Source: an uncultured Acidobacteriota bacterium
Lineage (GTDB): Bacteria > Acidobacteriota > Vicinamibacteria > Fen-336
DNA: 64,000 nt
Direction: 5' to 3'
NCBI GenBank assembly: GCA_963823195.1
Contig: CAWGKR010000001.1
Coordinates: 38,559 to 102,558, forward strand
A program made the position numbers and the translations under genes. The notes beneath the pieces are model-generated. The model was not told the DNA's origin. It saw only the letters and a list, made by a program, of their open reading frames with translations, and made no database searches. Of this stretch, positions 20,443 to 31,049 are shown piece after piece (the stretch's first letter is position 1; every line of letters begins with the position of its first letter).

Positions 20443-21772
20443 AGTCGGGGAACTTCGCCGGCGCGCTGCCGGCGGCCACCGACTGCTCGGAGAGCGGGGC
20501 CGGGGCGCTCCAGGCTGCGGCGTCGTAGACGTCCAGGTCGGGCGCCAGGCCCTTCCGCAGACACTCGATCAGGCGCCAGCTCATCACGTAGTCCATGCCG
20601 CCGTGGCCGCTCCGGCTCGCCGCCTTCTTGAGCTGGCGCCAGAGAGGATCCTCGAAGCGGTCCTTCTGCGCCTTCAGGCCCGCCCAGCGCTCGCCGCCCG
20701 GCTGTCCCTCGAGATAGAGGCGCGCCGGATAGTCGCGGAAGATCCCCTTCGTCCCGGCGACGAGGTTGATCCGGTCGTAGGGGCGCGGGTTCGCCACGGC
20801 GTGCTGGAGGACGATGGTCCGCCCTTCAGCGTCTTGATGAGGCTGGTGTTGACGTCGCCGCAGGTGTAGGTCTCCTGCCACTTCGGGTCTCCTGCCGGGA
20901 ACGCGGCGCTTCCGGTAGTCGGTGAGCCCCGCCTCGGGCGAGCTCATCGAGACGATGTGGTCGAAGCGATCGCCCCGGTGGATCCCCATGTACCGGGCCA
21001 CCGGCCCGAGGCCGTGGGTCGGGTAGAGGTTGCCGTTGCGGCCGACGTGCTCCGCCCGCCGCCAGAGTCCCTCCGACGCGTTCTCGAAGACGATCTCGCG
21101 CAGGTCGTGGTCGTAGGCCGCCTCGGCATGGAGGATCTCCCCGAGGAGGCCCGCTCGGATCATGTTGAGGACGAGCATCTCGTTCCAGCCGTAGCAGCAG
21201 TTCTCGAGGATCACGCAGTGGCGGCGGGTCCTCTCGGAGGCCTCCACGAGCTTCCAGCAGTCCTCGACGGTCTTGGCGGCCGGCACCTCGGTGGCGGCGT
21301 GCTTTCCCGCGGCCATGGCCGCGACGGCCATCGGGACGTGCCAGTCCCAGGGCGTCGCGATGTAGACGAGGTCGAGGTCGTCGCGCTTGACCAGCTCCTC
21401 GTAGTGGCGGTCCCCCTTGGTGTACGCCTCGGGTCGAGGGTGGCCGGCCTTCGCGAGGATCGCCTCGCCCTTCGCGACCTGCTCGGGAACCACGTCGCAG
21501 AGGGCCTTGATCTGGACCTTCTCGATGCCCACGAGGTCGCGGAGGTGGCTCAAGCCGCGCCGGCCGCAGCCGATGAGGCCGATGCGGACGACGTCGCGAG
21601 CCTCGAAGGGGACCCCCATCATCGTGTTCGTCGCCGCTCCAGCGGGCTCCGCCTGGGGCGAGGTGCCCTCGGCCTTGCCGCCGCTGAGCTCCACGAGCCC
21701 GAGGCCGGCCGCGGCCCCGGCGGCTTGAAGCAGGCGCCGCCGGCTGATGGAGATCTTCTCTCGTCGAGCCAT
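20405..21772 (-). CDS. Tat-exported GH109-like NAD-dependent glycoside hydrolase (Gfo/Idh/MocA fold); compensating frameshifts ~20890/~20828
   Basis: Tat motif SRRRLL; IGCGRRG; GNLYPTHGLGPV; GHGGMD; DVYDAAAWS. Confidence 0.85.
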   Translation of the reverse strand: MARREKISISRRRLLQAAGAAAGLGLVELSGGKAEGTSPQAEPAGAATNTMMGVPFEARDVVRIGLIGCGRRGLSHLRDLVGIEKVQIKALCDVVPEQVAKGEAILAKAGHPRPEAYTKGDRHYEELVKRDDLDLVYIATPWDWHVPMAVAAMAAGKHAATEVPAAKTVEDCWKLVEASERTRRHCVILENCCYGWNEMLVLNMIRAGLLGEILHAEAAYDHDLREIVFENASEGLWRRAEHVGRNGNLYPTHGLGPVARYMGIHRGDRFDHIVSMSSPEAGLTDYRKRRVPGRRPEVAGDLHLRRRQHQPHQDAEGRTIVLQHAVANPRPYDRINLVAGTKGIFRDYPARLYLEGQPGGERWAGLKAQKDRFEDPLWRQLKKAASRSGHGGMDYVMSWRLIECLRKGLAPDLDVYDAAAWSAPAPLSEQSVAAGSAPAKFPDFTRGAFARTGAS

Positions 21773-21781
21773 CGAACCCTC

Positions 21782-22760
21782 CTACGAGAGCGGGACGGGG
21801 CGGCCCTTGGCCGCGGCTTCCAGAAGGGCCACCAGGGTCGCGACGTTCCCCCGGCTCTCGGCGAGGGTGACCCGGCTCGGTCGGCCGAGAAGGATGGAGT
21901 CGGCCATGTCCTCGACCTCGCCGCTGTAGAGCTCCTGCCCCGCGACGTGTATCTCCTCCGTCTCGTCGCCTCGCGAGAGGATCATCGTCTCCTGGAGCCC
22001 CGGCTTGAAGGGGTGCGGGACGACGAGGGAGGCCTCGCTGCCGACGATCTCGACGTGCGTCCGGAGGGGGGCACGGAAGCTGCTGTCGACGAGGGCCAGC
22101 GCTCCGCTCGGGAAGCGGAGACCGCCGGCGAACGTCTCGTCGATGCCGGTGGGGCCGATGGCCTTCCAACCGAAGGCCTCCGACGGGCTCGGCGCCAAGG
22201 ACGAAGCGGGCGAAGCTCACCGGATAGCAGCCGACGTCCCAGAGGCTCCCGCCCCCCTGGGCGGGATCGAGACGCGGATCGGCCTCCTGCGTCAGCGAGA
22301 AGGAGAACGATCCCCTCACGAGGCGGAGCGTGCCGAGCGTTCCGGCCGCCACCAGCTCGCGGATCCGGAGCGTCTGGGGATGATGGCGGTACATGAACGC
22401 CTCGGCCACGACGACGCCGGCGCGACGGGCGGCGTCCTGGATGCGGTCGACGTCTTCGACGCTCAGGGCCAGTGGCTTCTCGCACAGGACGTGCTTGCCC
22501 GCCTCGGCCGCGCGGATCGTCCACGTCGCATGGCCCCCGTTGGGGACGGGGATGTACACCACGTCGACGTCCCGGTCGGCGAGGAGGTCCTCGTACGAGC
22601 CGTAGGCCCGGGGGATTCCCCACTGCTTGGCCGCCTCGTCGGCGCGGGACGCATCCCGGCTGGCGATGGCGACGAGCTCGTGGCGCTCCAACGCCTGGAT
22701 CGGCGGGATCAGGGCGCGGTTGATCCGGGCGACACCGAGGATTCCCCAACGCAGCGGCAT
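21782..22760 (-). CDS. Gfo/Idh/MocA oxidoreductase, frameshift ~22200
   Basis: LRWGILG, KHVLCEKP, EAFMYRHHP, GGSLWDVGCY. Confidence 0.88.
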
Positions 22761-22773
22761 GGCCCGCAGTGTA

Positions 22774-24786
22774 CTACCGAGCGGGCTCAGACGCCTGCTC
22801 GACGGCTCGAGCGATGGCGGGACGATCGGGATCGGTCCCGGGTCCCTCGGCCAGGTAGCGGCGCCAGTAGAGCACCATCTTCGCCGCCGCGCCGGGATCC
22901 GTCGAAGACAGGCGCTGGAGGGCGACGCCCAGGTTCTTGAGGACCTCGGGCTCGAGCTGGGGATCGTGGGCGACGAGGGGCTCCAGGGCGTCGACCACGG
23001 CCCGGTGTGCCGCCGGATCGCCCGTGTGCGGCGCGGCCGTGCTGACGACGACGCGGGCGAAGCGCCGGTACTCCTTCCAGTAATTGTCGACGAGATAGCG
23101 CTCCCAGGTCCCCGGCGCGAACCGCGCCCCTGCCGTCGGGTCGAAGCGCCGGAAGCTCTCTCCCGCCTCGCGCACCCAGGACGCGAGGTCGGGCTCGCGC
23201 GGCCGCGGCAGGACACGATCGGCGAGGCCGACGGGCCAGGGATGGTAGGCCTCCTCCAAGGTCTGGAGCCAGGGGACCTTGTTGACCAGTAGGATCGGGG
23301 CCGTCCCGATGTTCGCGTCGATGAACTGGCGGGCCGTGAAGTCTCCCGGTGGAAGCACGACGCCGGGGAGCTGCGCCGCCGCGAAGCCGCGGAACCACGG
23401 GCTCGTGAGCTGGCCGGTGGGGATGACGCGCACGTCTCGCCGCACGTTCTCGATCTGCTGCACGTACCGCACGCTCCCGATCGCCTCGTCGCTGGTGATC
23501 AGGAGGATCGCGTGGGGTGGCATCGACTCGAGGACTGCGGCGCCGTAGTCGCGGAACAGGCGGCGCTCCCGGAGATCGTTCGGTCCGAAGCCCGTGGCGA
23601 CGAGAGCCGCCGCGGCGCCGAGCGCGAGGGCGGCCTCGACCACCGACGCACGCCGTCCGGCGAGTCGCCCCAGCGCCGCGAAGCCCACTCCCGCCAGCGC
23701 GCAGGCCACCACCAGCGCCTGCTGCCAGAAGCGCTCCTGCACGGTGATGTGAAGGGGCTCGTCGAGCCGGACGTTGGCCAGGGTCGAGAACACGACCAGG
23801 TAGACGGCGAGGGTTGCGGACCAGAAGAGCACGAGCCGCCGTGACGGCGACGGGCGGCGGAGCTCGGTCCACGACACCACGACCAGCAGCGGCCCGGCCA
23901 GGAGCGTCGTCTCGTCGAAGCGCCGCAGGAAATGGGCGAGGCGCGGGAGCATCTCGCCGCCCTGCCCCACCTCGGCGCTCGCGAGACGGAAGGTGCCGTA
24001 CTCCCGCCGAAGGAGGTGCGTGAGGAAGCCGTCCCACGTCGTTGCGTCTCCCCAGGCGAGGGGTGGATGCGCCGCCGCGGCGAGAGGGAGATACGCGTAG
24101 GGGAGCAGACCGCCGCCGAACGCCAGGACCACGACGACGGCTCGCCGGAGGGAGAACGCCCTTCCCTCGAGCAGCACCAGGGCGGCCAGCAGGGGAGCGC
24201 CGAGGAAGATCAAGGTGTGGTGGTTGGTGAGACCAAGGCCCACGACGAACGCGGTCAGCGGCAGGACGGACGGACGGGGCGCCAGGACCGCTTCGACCGA
24301 CAGGTCGACGAGCGCCGCCGCGAACAGGTTGTTGAGCGGAAAGACCTCGGCCGAGACGGCGTAGGGCCACACCAGGGGCGAGAAGGCGAAGAGAGCGGCC
24401 GAGGCGATCCCCGCCCACGCGCTCCTCGCCCAGCGCGCGACCCCGTGGCACAACAGAGCCGCGGCCGCCGCGTCGCAAACGGCCGACAGGAGGTTGACCC
24501 GCCACGCGACGGAACCGAAGGGAAGGCGGGAGAAGACGTGGCCCAGGAGAGTGTGGAGGGGATAGCCGGGGGGATGAGCGACTCCGCGGACGCACGCCGC
24601 GACGAGCATCTCGCCGCTGTCGCCGCCCACGACCGTCGGGCTCAGGGTCAGGACGTAGACGACGAGGGACGCGAGCCCAGCCGCTCCGGAGGCGAGAAGG
24701 GCTCCTCGAGCCCCCGAGGGTCGCCGGGCGCCGGGCTCGGGTTCCTCGAGCTTCGGCGCCGTCTTGGTGCGCCTGCCGTGACGCAC
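22774..24786 (-). CDS. DUF2723 (TMEM260-like) GT-C membrane glycosyltransferase
   Basis: PTVVGGDSGE..GVAHPPGYPL, AEVFPLN, GLGLTNHHT; multiple TM segments. Confidence 0.82.
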   Translation of the reverse strand: MRHGRRTKTAPKLEEPEPGARRPSGARGALLASGAAGLASLVVYVLTLSPTVVGGDSGEMLVAACVRGVAHPPGYPLHTLLGHVFSRLPFGSVAWRVNLLSAVCDAAAAALLCHGVARWARSAWAGIASAALFAFSPLVWPYAVSAEVFPLNNLFAAALVDLSVEAVLAPRPSVLPLTAFVVGLGLTNHHTLIFLGAPLLAALVLLEGRAFSLRRAVVVVLAFGGGLLPYAYLPLAAAAHPPLAWGDATTWDGFLTHLLRREYGTFRLASAEVGQGGEMLPRLAHFLRRFDETTLLAGPLLVVVSWTELRRPSPSRRLVLFWSATLAVYLVVFSTLANVRLDEPLHITVQERFWQQALVVACALAGVGFAALGRLAGRRASVVEAALALGAAAALVATGFGPNDLRERRLFRDYGAAVLESMPPHAILLITSDEAIGSVRYVQQIENVRRDVRVIPTGQLTSPWFRGFAAAQLPGVVLPPGDFTARQFIDANIGTAPILLVNKVPWLQTLEEAYHPWPVGLADRVLPRPREPDLASWVREAGESFRRFDPTAGARFAPGTWERYLVDNYWKEYRRFARVVVSTAAPHTGDPAAHRAVVDALEPLVAHDPQLEPEVLKNLGVALQRLSSTDPGAAAKMVLYWRRYLAEGPGTDPDRPAIARAVEQASEPAR

Positions 24787-24795
24787 GTGGGCCTG

Positions 24796-25701
24796 CTAGG
24801 GCTTCTTCGTGAGGCTCGCGTACACGATGCCGACGAAGTCGTCGGGCTTCAGGAACCCCTTCCCCCATTTCTCGTCGTAGGAGGCCGTGGGCTTCGCGGC
24901 CTGGACCTGGGCCAGGGTCTTTCCCGCCTTGACGAGGGGGAGGACGCGGTCCCGGATCCCCGCGAGCATGTCGCGATAGTCCTTGAGCGCGGCGCGGTCC
25001 GCCAGGGGGCCGTGGCCCGGGATGACCTTGGTCTTGTCGTCGACGATGGTCAGCATCCGGTCGGCCGCCGCGATCATGCCGTCGAGCGACCCCCCGGTCG
25101 AAAGGTCGATGAAGGGATAGAGGCCGTTGAAGAAGAGATCTCCCGCGTGGATGACGTTGGCCTTGTGGAAGTGGACGAAGGAGTCGCCGTCGGTGTGCGC
25201 CGGAGGGACGTGGATCGCCTGCACGTCGTCACCGTTCACGTGGAACGTGGCGGTGCTGTCGAAGGTCACGATGGGCAGCGCCTTCTCGGGAGACGCCGGG
25301 ACCTTCTCGTTGAACGCGGCGAGGAACTGCTCGGTACTCATGCGCACGCGCACGTTGTCGTGGGCCACGATCAGGACGCCGGCTTCGCCCATGTCCTTGT
25401 TGCCGCCCGTGTGGTCGCCGTGCCAATGGGTGTTGAGGAGGAAGCGGATCGGCTTGTCGCTCACGGCCGCGACCGCGGCCTTGATCTTCGGCGTCAGCGG
25501 GGCGTACTCGTCGTCGATCAGGAAGGCGCCGTCGGCCCCCGCCGACAGGCCGATGTTCCCCCCGGAGCCCTGGAGCATGTAGACGCCGGGGGCGACCGTC
25601 GTGGTCGTGACCTGCACCTTGTCGAAGTTCTGCTCCTGGGCCGAAGCGACGACGGGAACGACGAGGCCCAGAGCCATCGCGGCGATCCGAAGATTTCGCA
25701 T
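24796..25701 (-). CDS. Secreted MBL-fold metallo-hydrolase (cyclase-like)
   Basis: NTHWHGDHTGGN, AHTDGD, HAGDL, IPGHG; signal peptide. Confidence 0.88.
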   Translation of the reverse strand: MRNLRIAAMALGLVVPVVASAQEQNFDKVQVTTTTVAPGVYMLQGSGGNIGLSAGADGAFLIDDEYAPLTPKIKAAVAAVSDKPIRFLLNTHWHGDHTGGNKDMGEAGVLIVAHDNVRVRMSTEQFLAAFNEKVPASPEKALPIVTFDSTATFHVNGDDVQAIHVPPAHTDGDSFVHFHKANVIHAGDLFFNGLYPFIDLSTGGSLDGMIAAADRMLTIVDDKTKVIPGHGPLADRAALKDYRDMLAGIRDRVLPLVKAGKTLAQVQAAKPTASYDEKWGKGFLKPDDFVGIVYASLTKKP

Positions 25702-25731
25702 CGAGCCCTCCTCAAGCGAACACGAGACGGG

Positions 25732-25760
25732 AGTCTAAACCAGAAGCGGGGTGCTAGACT
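25732..25760. promoter_or_regulatory. Back-to-back divergent -10 elements
   Basis: TAGACT on - (25732-25737) and TGCTAGACT on + (25752-25760). Confidence 0.5.
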
Positions 25761-25772
25761 GCGCCCGCCGTC

Positions 25773-27899
25773 ATGACCCCCCTCGGCAAGGCCGGCCCGC
25801 GTGTCCTGGTGGCCGCTCTCTACGCGGTCCTGACCGTCCTCCTTACGTATCCCCTGATCCTCCATCTGACCACGCACCACGTCGGGGAATCCGGAGGGGA
25901 CGCGCGTGTCTACCTCTGGAACCTCTGGTGGGTCAAGACCGCACTCCTCAAGCTCCACAGCAGCCCCCTCCAGACCGACTACATCTTCTACCCGACCGGG
26001 ATCGGCCTCGCTCTCCACACGCTGGCGCTCGGCCAGGGGCTCCTGTTCATCCCGCTGAGCGCCCTCTTCGGGGACGTGGCCGGCGCCAACGCCATCGTGT
26101 TGTCGACCTTCCTCGCGTCGAGCCTGGGTGCGTACGCGCTGGCCCGTCACCTCGGCGCGGGTCGCGAGGGGGCGTTCCTGGCCGGGCTCGTCTTCGCCTT
26201 CTGTCCCTACCGCCTGGCGCGGTTGGCCGGCCACTACGACCTGCTCAGCACCGAGTGGATCCCGCTTTACGGCCTCGCGCTCTCGAAGGCGCTCGAAACC
26301 GACCGCGGGCGCTGGCGGTGGGTGCTCGTCGCGGGCTTGCTGGGTGGGGCCTGCGGCTACGTCGATCTCACGTACCTGGTCTTCCTCGCCGTCGTGTCGA
26401 TCGTCGTGCTCGCTTTCCGGCGGCCCTGGCGCGAGCGAAGGCTGCTCCCGAGGGCCGGGGCCGTCGCGGTTCTCGTCGTGGCGATCCTTCTGCCGCTCCT
26501 GCTCTCGGCATGGAGAGACGCGAAGACGTGGCGGTACGCGCCCTACCCCGGCTCCGATCGATACGTCGCCGATCTCATCGGATACGTGACCCCCGGACCG
26601 CGACAGACGATCCTCGGCGATCGTATCGGCCGGGCCTTCGAGTCCAACGTCACCGAAACGACGGTGTTCGCCGGCTGGACCACCCTCGTTCTTGCGGGAC
26701 TTGCGCTCTCACGGAAGGACGTGCGGAGGGTCCTCGCGCCATGGATCGTCCTCGGGGCGATCGCCTTCGCCCTGAGCCTGGGGGACTCGCTCCACCTGGC
26801 GGGCCACGACAGCGGCGTGCCGATGCCCTTCGCTCTCGTTCGCCGCCTGCCGCCGCTCGAGCATCTCCGCGCGCCCTCCCGTTTCGCCATTCTCGTGGTG
26901 CTGGCGCTGGCCCTGCTGGTGGCCGCGGCCTGGACCCGCGGGCTGGAAAGAGCCGCCGGGACCCGCTCGCGCCTCGCCCTCACGGCCCTCGCGGGCGCCG
27001 CGATCGCGGCCGAGGCGGCCGCCCTTCCAGTCCCCATGTTCGCCGCGGGCGCCCCCGCGGTCTTCGCGGCCATCGGTCGCGAGGCCGGTGACTTCACGGT
27101 CCTCGAGATACCCGGAATCGATCAGATCCCGGGCCAGCTCATGTACCGCCAGACCATCCACGGCAAGCGCATCCTCATCGGAACCGCCGCCCGCGTTCCG
27201 ATCGAGAAGGCGTCGTACTTCTTCGGCCTTCCCCTCGTCCGCCCTCTCGTCGACCTCCGCAAGGGGAAGCTCTCACTGGACGACGCGATGCGCCCCGAAA
27301 CGCTGGGTCCCACCGCCGAGGCGGCGCGGTTCCTGGGCGTGCGCTACATCGTCATCGAGCGCGCCTTCGAGGGGCGCGGCATCGCGCGCTTCCTCGAGGC
27401 CGCCCTGCCCACGGAGCGCATCGAGGGAGACCCCGACCGTATCGTCCTGCGGGTGCGCCCCGAGGGTCTTCCGTCCTTGCCCTCGACTCTCGAGGCCGGC
27501 GCGTCCGCCTCGCGCCTCTACTTCGAGAGCGGCTGGTCGACGCCAGAGGCCGACGGCCCCGGCCTCGTGCGCCGCGCGCTCGGGACGCGATCGACGTTGC
27601 TCTTCCGGCGACCGGCAGACGGGGCCGGCGACGTCGTGCTCACCCTGGGCAGCGTCCCGGCGGGCGAGGCGCTCCGCGTCGACGCGTGGGTCGGAGGGCA
27701 GCGCGTGGGGATCGCGCCGGTGCTGGTCGGAGGCGCGAGCCTCCGCTGGCCGCTGCTCGCGGGCCCGCTCGGGGGAGTGGAGCGAATGGAGCTCCTATGG
27801 TCGGGTCCCGGCGCTCGCGTCGCCGCCGTTCGCTTCGAGGTCCCAGACCGTGATCACCGGGCCGCCGCGCTCCACCGCATCGAAGCCGGAGTACGGTAG
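25773..27899 (+). CDS. GT-C-type (YfhO-like) polytopic membrane glycosyltransferase, type A1
   Basis: GDARVYLWNLWW, IFYP, AFLAGLVFAFCPYRL, many TMs, C-terminal soluble domain. Confidence 0.6.
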   Translation: MTPLGKAGPRVLVAALYAVLTVLLTYPLILHLTTHHVGESGGDARVYLWNLWWVKTALLKLHSSPLQTDYIFYPTGIGLALHTLALGQGLLFIPLSALFGDVAGANAIVLSTFLASSLGAYALARHLGAGREGAFLAGLVFAFCPYRLARLAGHYDLLSTEWIPLYGLALSKALETDRGRWRWVLVAGLLGGACGYVDLTYLVFLAVVSIVVLAFRRPWRERRLLPRAGAVAVLVVAILLPLLLSAWRDAKTWRYAPYPGSDRYVADLIGYVTPGPRQTILGDRIGRAFESNVTETTVFAGWTTLVLAGLALSRKDVRRVLAPWIVLGAIAFALSLGDSLHLAGHDSGVPMPFALVRRLPPLEHLRAPSRFAILVVLALALLVAAAWTRGLERAAGTRSRLALTALAGAAIAAEAAALPVPMFAAGAPAVFAAIGREAGDFTVLEIPGIDQIPGQLMYRQTIHGKRILIGTAARVPIEKASYFFGLPLVRPLVDLRKGKLSLDDAMRPETLGPTAEAARFLGVRYIVIERAFEGRGIARFLEAALPTERIEGDPDRIVLRVRPEGLPSLPSTLEAGASASRLYFESGWSTPEADGPGLVRRALGTRSTLLFRRPADGAGDVVLTLGSVPAGEALRVDAWVGGQRVGIAPVLVGGASLRWPLLAGPLGGVERMELLWSGPGARVAAVRFEVPDRDHRAAALHRIEAGVR

Positions 27900-29408
27900 G
27901 TAGAAGGCATCGCCGGAATAGAAGTACGGTTTCACCCGCGAGGCCTTGACGAACGGATCGAACACGGCCTCGGCGCGTCCGTGCGCCGCGAGCCACGCGC
28001 GCACGTCGTCGCTCGGACGGCCGTAATAGACGTAGGGGTGGTCGTGGGTGACGAGGTAGCGGATGCCCGCGCTCCGGATGGCGTCCACCTTGCACGGAAC
28101 GACCTCGGGCTTGAACGCGGGCGGACGGCGATGGTCGTCGTTGATCGCCGGCGCTCCGTAGCCTTGGCAGACGAGGACACGGGATCGGGGCGGCAGGTGC
28201 TCGGCGACCCAGTCGGCGGCCAGGAGCCGCGTATCGGGTCGGGCCGCCAGATGGTCGTACTTCAGGACGCTGACGAGGGGCGGCAGGGCGAGCGCCGCTG
28301 CGGCCAGGGTCGCGACCGCCTTGCCTGCGTGAGGCAGGCCGGCGAGGACCGCTTCCGACGCCAGGATGGCGAGGGGGGGGACCATCGGGAGCGTGTAGCG
28401 TCCGAGCACCCACGTCATCGTGGCCATGCTGGCGAACGTCGGCGCGAGGAACGCCAGGAACAGCACGTCCGCCGGCCTCCTTCGCCAGAGCGCTCGGGCC
28501 AAGCCGGCCACTGCGGCGAGGTATCCCGGCCAGCCGAAGGCGCCGGGGAGCGTGACGGTCACGTGGGTGATCCAAGCTGGCGCTCCCGGGCTGCTGAAGA
28601 GCGCCTCCCTCTGCACGACGAGTCCCTTCACGACCTGATCGAAATGAATCACGCATGCCGGCGACGTGGCGGCGAAGGCCGCCGCCATCGCGCCGCCGCT
28701 CACGAGGAGCGAGCCCATGGCGCGCCGCCGGTCACCTTCCTCCGCTGGCCGCCAAAGACGCGGCAGGGCCGCGACCAGGGTCCCGATCAGGACGGTGCCC
28801 GCGTTGTACTTGGCCGAGGTCGCCAGGCCGGCGAAGAGGCCTGCCACGAGGTAGTCGCGACGCTTCTGGGTCCGAGCGGCGCGTAGGCCGAAGGCCAGGG
28901 AGAGGGTGACGAAGAACGTCATCGGAATGTCCACGGTGCCGTAGTGCGAGTCGCGGGCGTGGAGGAAGTTGACGGCCACGAAGAGGGCCGCCAGGAGCGC
29001 CACGCTGCGACGGCCGTACGCCTGGAACGCCGCCAGTCCCGCGGCAAACACCGTCGCGGCGCCGAAGGCCACACTGACGCCCCGGCAGATGCGGTACTGG
29101 AGCCCGGGGCGGCGAACGGCGACGTCCACCAGGAAATCCTCGGTGGTCGCGTATCGACCGGTCGCCAGGCCCGCGTACCGATAGGCGGCGAGGGCGAGGG
29201 CGTCGACGTCGAAGACTAGATGAGGGTAGTTGTAGTCGCCCGGGCTCAGGACACGGCCGAGGGACATCTGGAGGGACTTGCCCACGACCAGCTCCTCGTC
29301 GGGGCGCGCGATAGGGTGAGGCAGGCCGTAGTCGAGGCCCCAGAGACGGATCCCGGCGGCCAGGATCGTGAGTGCCCCGAGGGCGATCGCAAGAGCACCG
29401 CGACTCAC
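27795..29408 (-). CDS. GT39/ArnT/PMT-like glycosyltransferase, type B1
   Basis: GTG start; RLWGLDYGLPHPIARPDEELVV, GLATSAKYNAG. Confidence 0.72.
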   Translation of the reverse strand: MSRGALAIALGALTILAAGIRLWGLDYGLPHPIARPDEELVVGKSLQMSLGRVLSPGDYNYPHLVFDVDALALAAYRYAGLATGRYATTEDFLVDVAVRRPGLQYRICRGVSVAFGAATVFAAGLAAFQAYGRRSVALLAALFVAVNFLHARDSHYGTVDIPMTFFVTLSLAFGLRAARTQKRRDYLVAGLFAGLATSAKYNAGTVLIGTLVAALPRLWRPAEEGDRRRAMGSLLVSGGAMAAAFAATSPACVIHFDQVVKGLVVQREALFSSPGAPAWITHVTVTLPGAFGWPGYLAAVAGLARALWRRRPADVLFLAFLAPTFASMATMTWVLGRYTLPMVPPLAILASEAVLAGLPHAGKAVATLAAAALALPPLVSVLKYDHLAARPDTRLLAADWVAEHLPPRSRVLVCQGYGAPAINDDHRRPPAFKPEVVPCKVDAIRSAGIRYLVTHDHPYVYYGRPSDDVRAWLAAHGRAEAVFDPFVKASRVKPYFYSGDAFYLPYSGFDAVERGGPVITVWDLEANGGDASAGTRP

Positions 29409-31049
29409 GGGGTCGGGATCTCCTCGTCCCCCGGGAGGGGTGCCTTGGGTCCGTCGGGCGTCAACGTGTAGATGCGCTCGGACCCGAGCTCCGCTGCCAG
29501 GGCGACCCCCTCGGGTAGCGACGTCGCCAGGACGATCCGCTCGCGCTGGCGATCCTCGAGCCGGTCCATGTGGACGACCACGTAGCGGACCCCGGCCCCG
29601 CGCAGAGCGCGGCTCGCCCATCCCCCGGGCCATCGCGCGCCGACCATCCCGACGTGGATGCTCGGCGGCGGTGCGAAGGCCCCCCACCCGTTCACCATCT
29701 TCTGCCCGTGGACGATCGACCCGTAGATGTAGTCGCCGTCGTACGCGGACCAGGGGATCTCGAGGACCGTTCCGCGCGCCGCGTGGGACAGCCAGCGGGC
29801 CGCGTCGGAGGGCACCGGCATCCTCTGGAACATCCCCGAGGCGTGGACGACGCCCCCTTCGCAGGCGGCCAGGGCGATGAAGCCCCATCCCCAGAACCGG
29901 AAGGAGCGGAACCGTTCCGCGAGGCTCGCCCAACCCACGGCCGCGAGGACGCAGAGTGCGAGGAGGGCGATGGGGGCCATGCGATAGGGGGTGCGCAGGA
30001 GCCGATAGCCGGGGAGCCCCCGGAGAGCATCGTAGGGTCCGGGGATCGAGAAGGGTCCGACGGCGATCTCCGGTCCGAGCGACAGCAGCACGCCGGTCGC
30101 GGCCAGCGCCACGAAAAGGCGCGACCGGCCGGCGCCGCAGGACCAGGGCGGCCACCGACAGGGCGACGACGGCGGTGCCCGGATAGTAGGCGGGGCCCGC
30201 GCGGAAGACCCGTCGCAGCGGGGCGAACGTGGGGAAGGCACCGCGGGCGCTCGGTCGCAGGTACGAGGTCCAGAGCGCGCTCCAGCCGATCAGCTCCTGC
30301 CGCTTCCGGGCGAGGCCGAACGCCTGCTGCGCCCTCAGGTAGGGCAGGAACGCCGGTGCTGCCACGAGGGCGACAAGGGCCAGAGCCACCAGGACGCGTC
30401 TGAGCGCCCTTGGCGACGCCGTCCGGAGGTGGAGCAGCAGCGTCACGGCCAGGAAGGGAGCGAGGAGCGCCGCGTAGTACCCGCTGCTCAGGGCCTGCAG
30501 GAGAACGGCGACGCCCATCCCCGTCAGGTTGGCGATCGTCGGCGACGCGAGCGAGCGCAGCAGGAACAGGAGCGCGAAGGGGAGCCATTGGATCGACATC
30601 GTCTGGATGTGGACGGCGCTCTCGAGGCGATAGCAGGAGAAAGCGTAGGCGAGCCCCGCGAGGAAGGCCCCTTCGCGCGAGTCGGTGACGTGACGAGCCA
30701 GGAGGTAGGCTCCCAGACCCGATAGGGGAAAGGTCAGCAGCCAGACCACGTTGTAGGCCTCGAGCGGCGACGCGCCGAGCGAGAGCAACGGCGCCGCCAC
30801 GAACGACTGGGCGAGCAGGCTCTCGGTGGCGGCGAGGCTCTGGGGTTGCGGGTAGTAGATGTTCGCGTCGAACAAGCGCGCCGGCGTGGTGAGATGGGTG
30901 CTCACCCAGTGGAGGGCCCAGATGTTCCCGAGGGCGTCGCCGGGGATGCCGACCGTCGACAACCCCCGCACCAGGGGCCAGAACACGGCGACGGTGAGGG
31001 CCGCATAGGCCGCGACGGCGAGGAGCGCGTCGCGGCCGCCGCCCTTCAC
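29405..31049 (-). CDS. GT-C-type (YfhO-like) membrane glycosyltransferase, type A2, frameshift ~30150
   Basis: GDALGNIWALHW, IYYP, AFLAGLAYAFSCYRL; C-terminal half in ORF 29405..30241 (SIVHGQKMVNGW). Confidence 0.6.
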
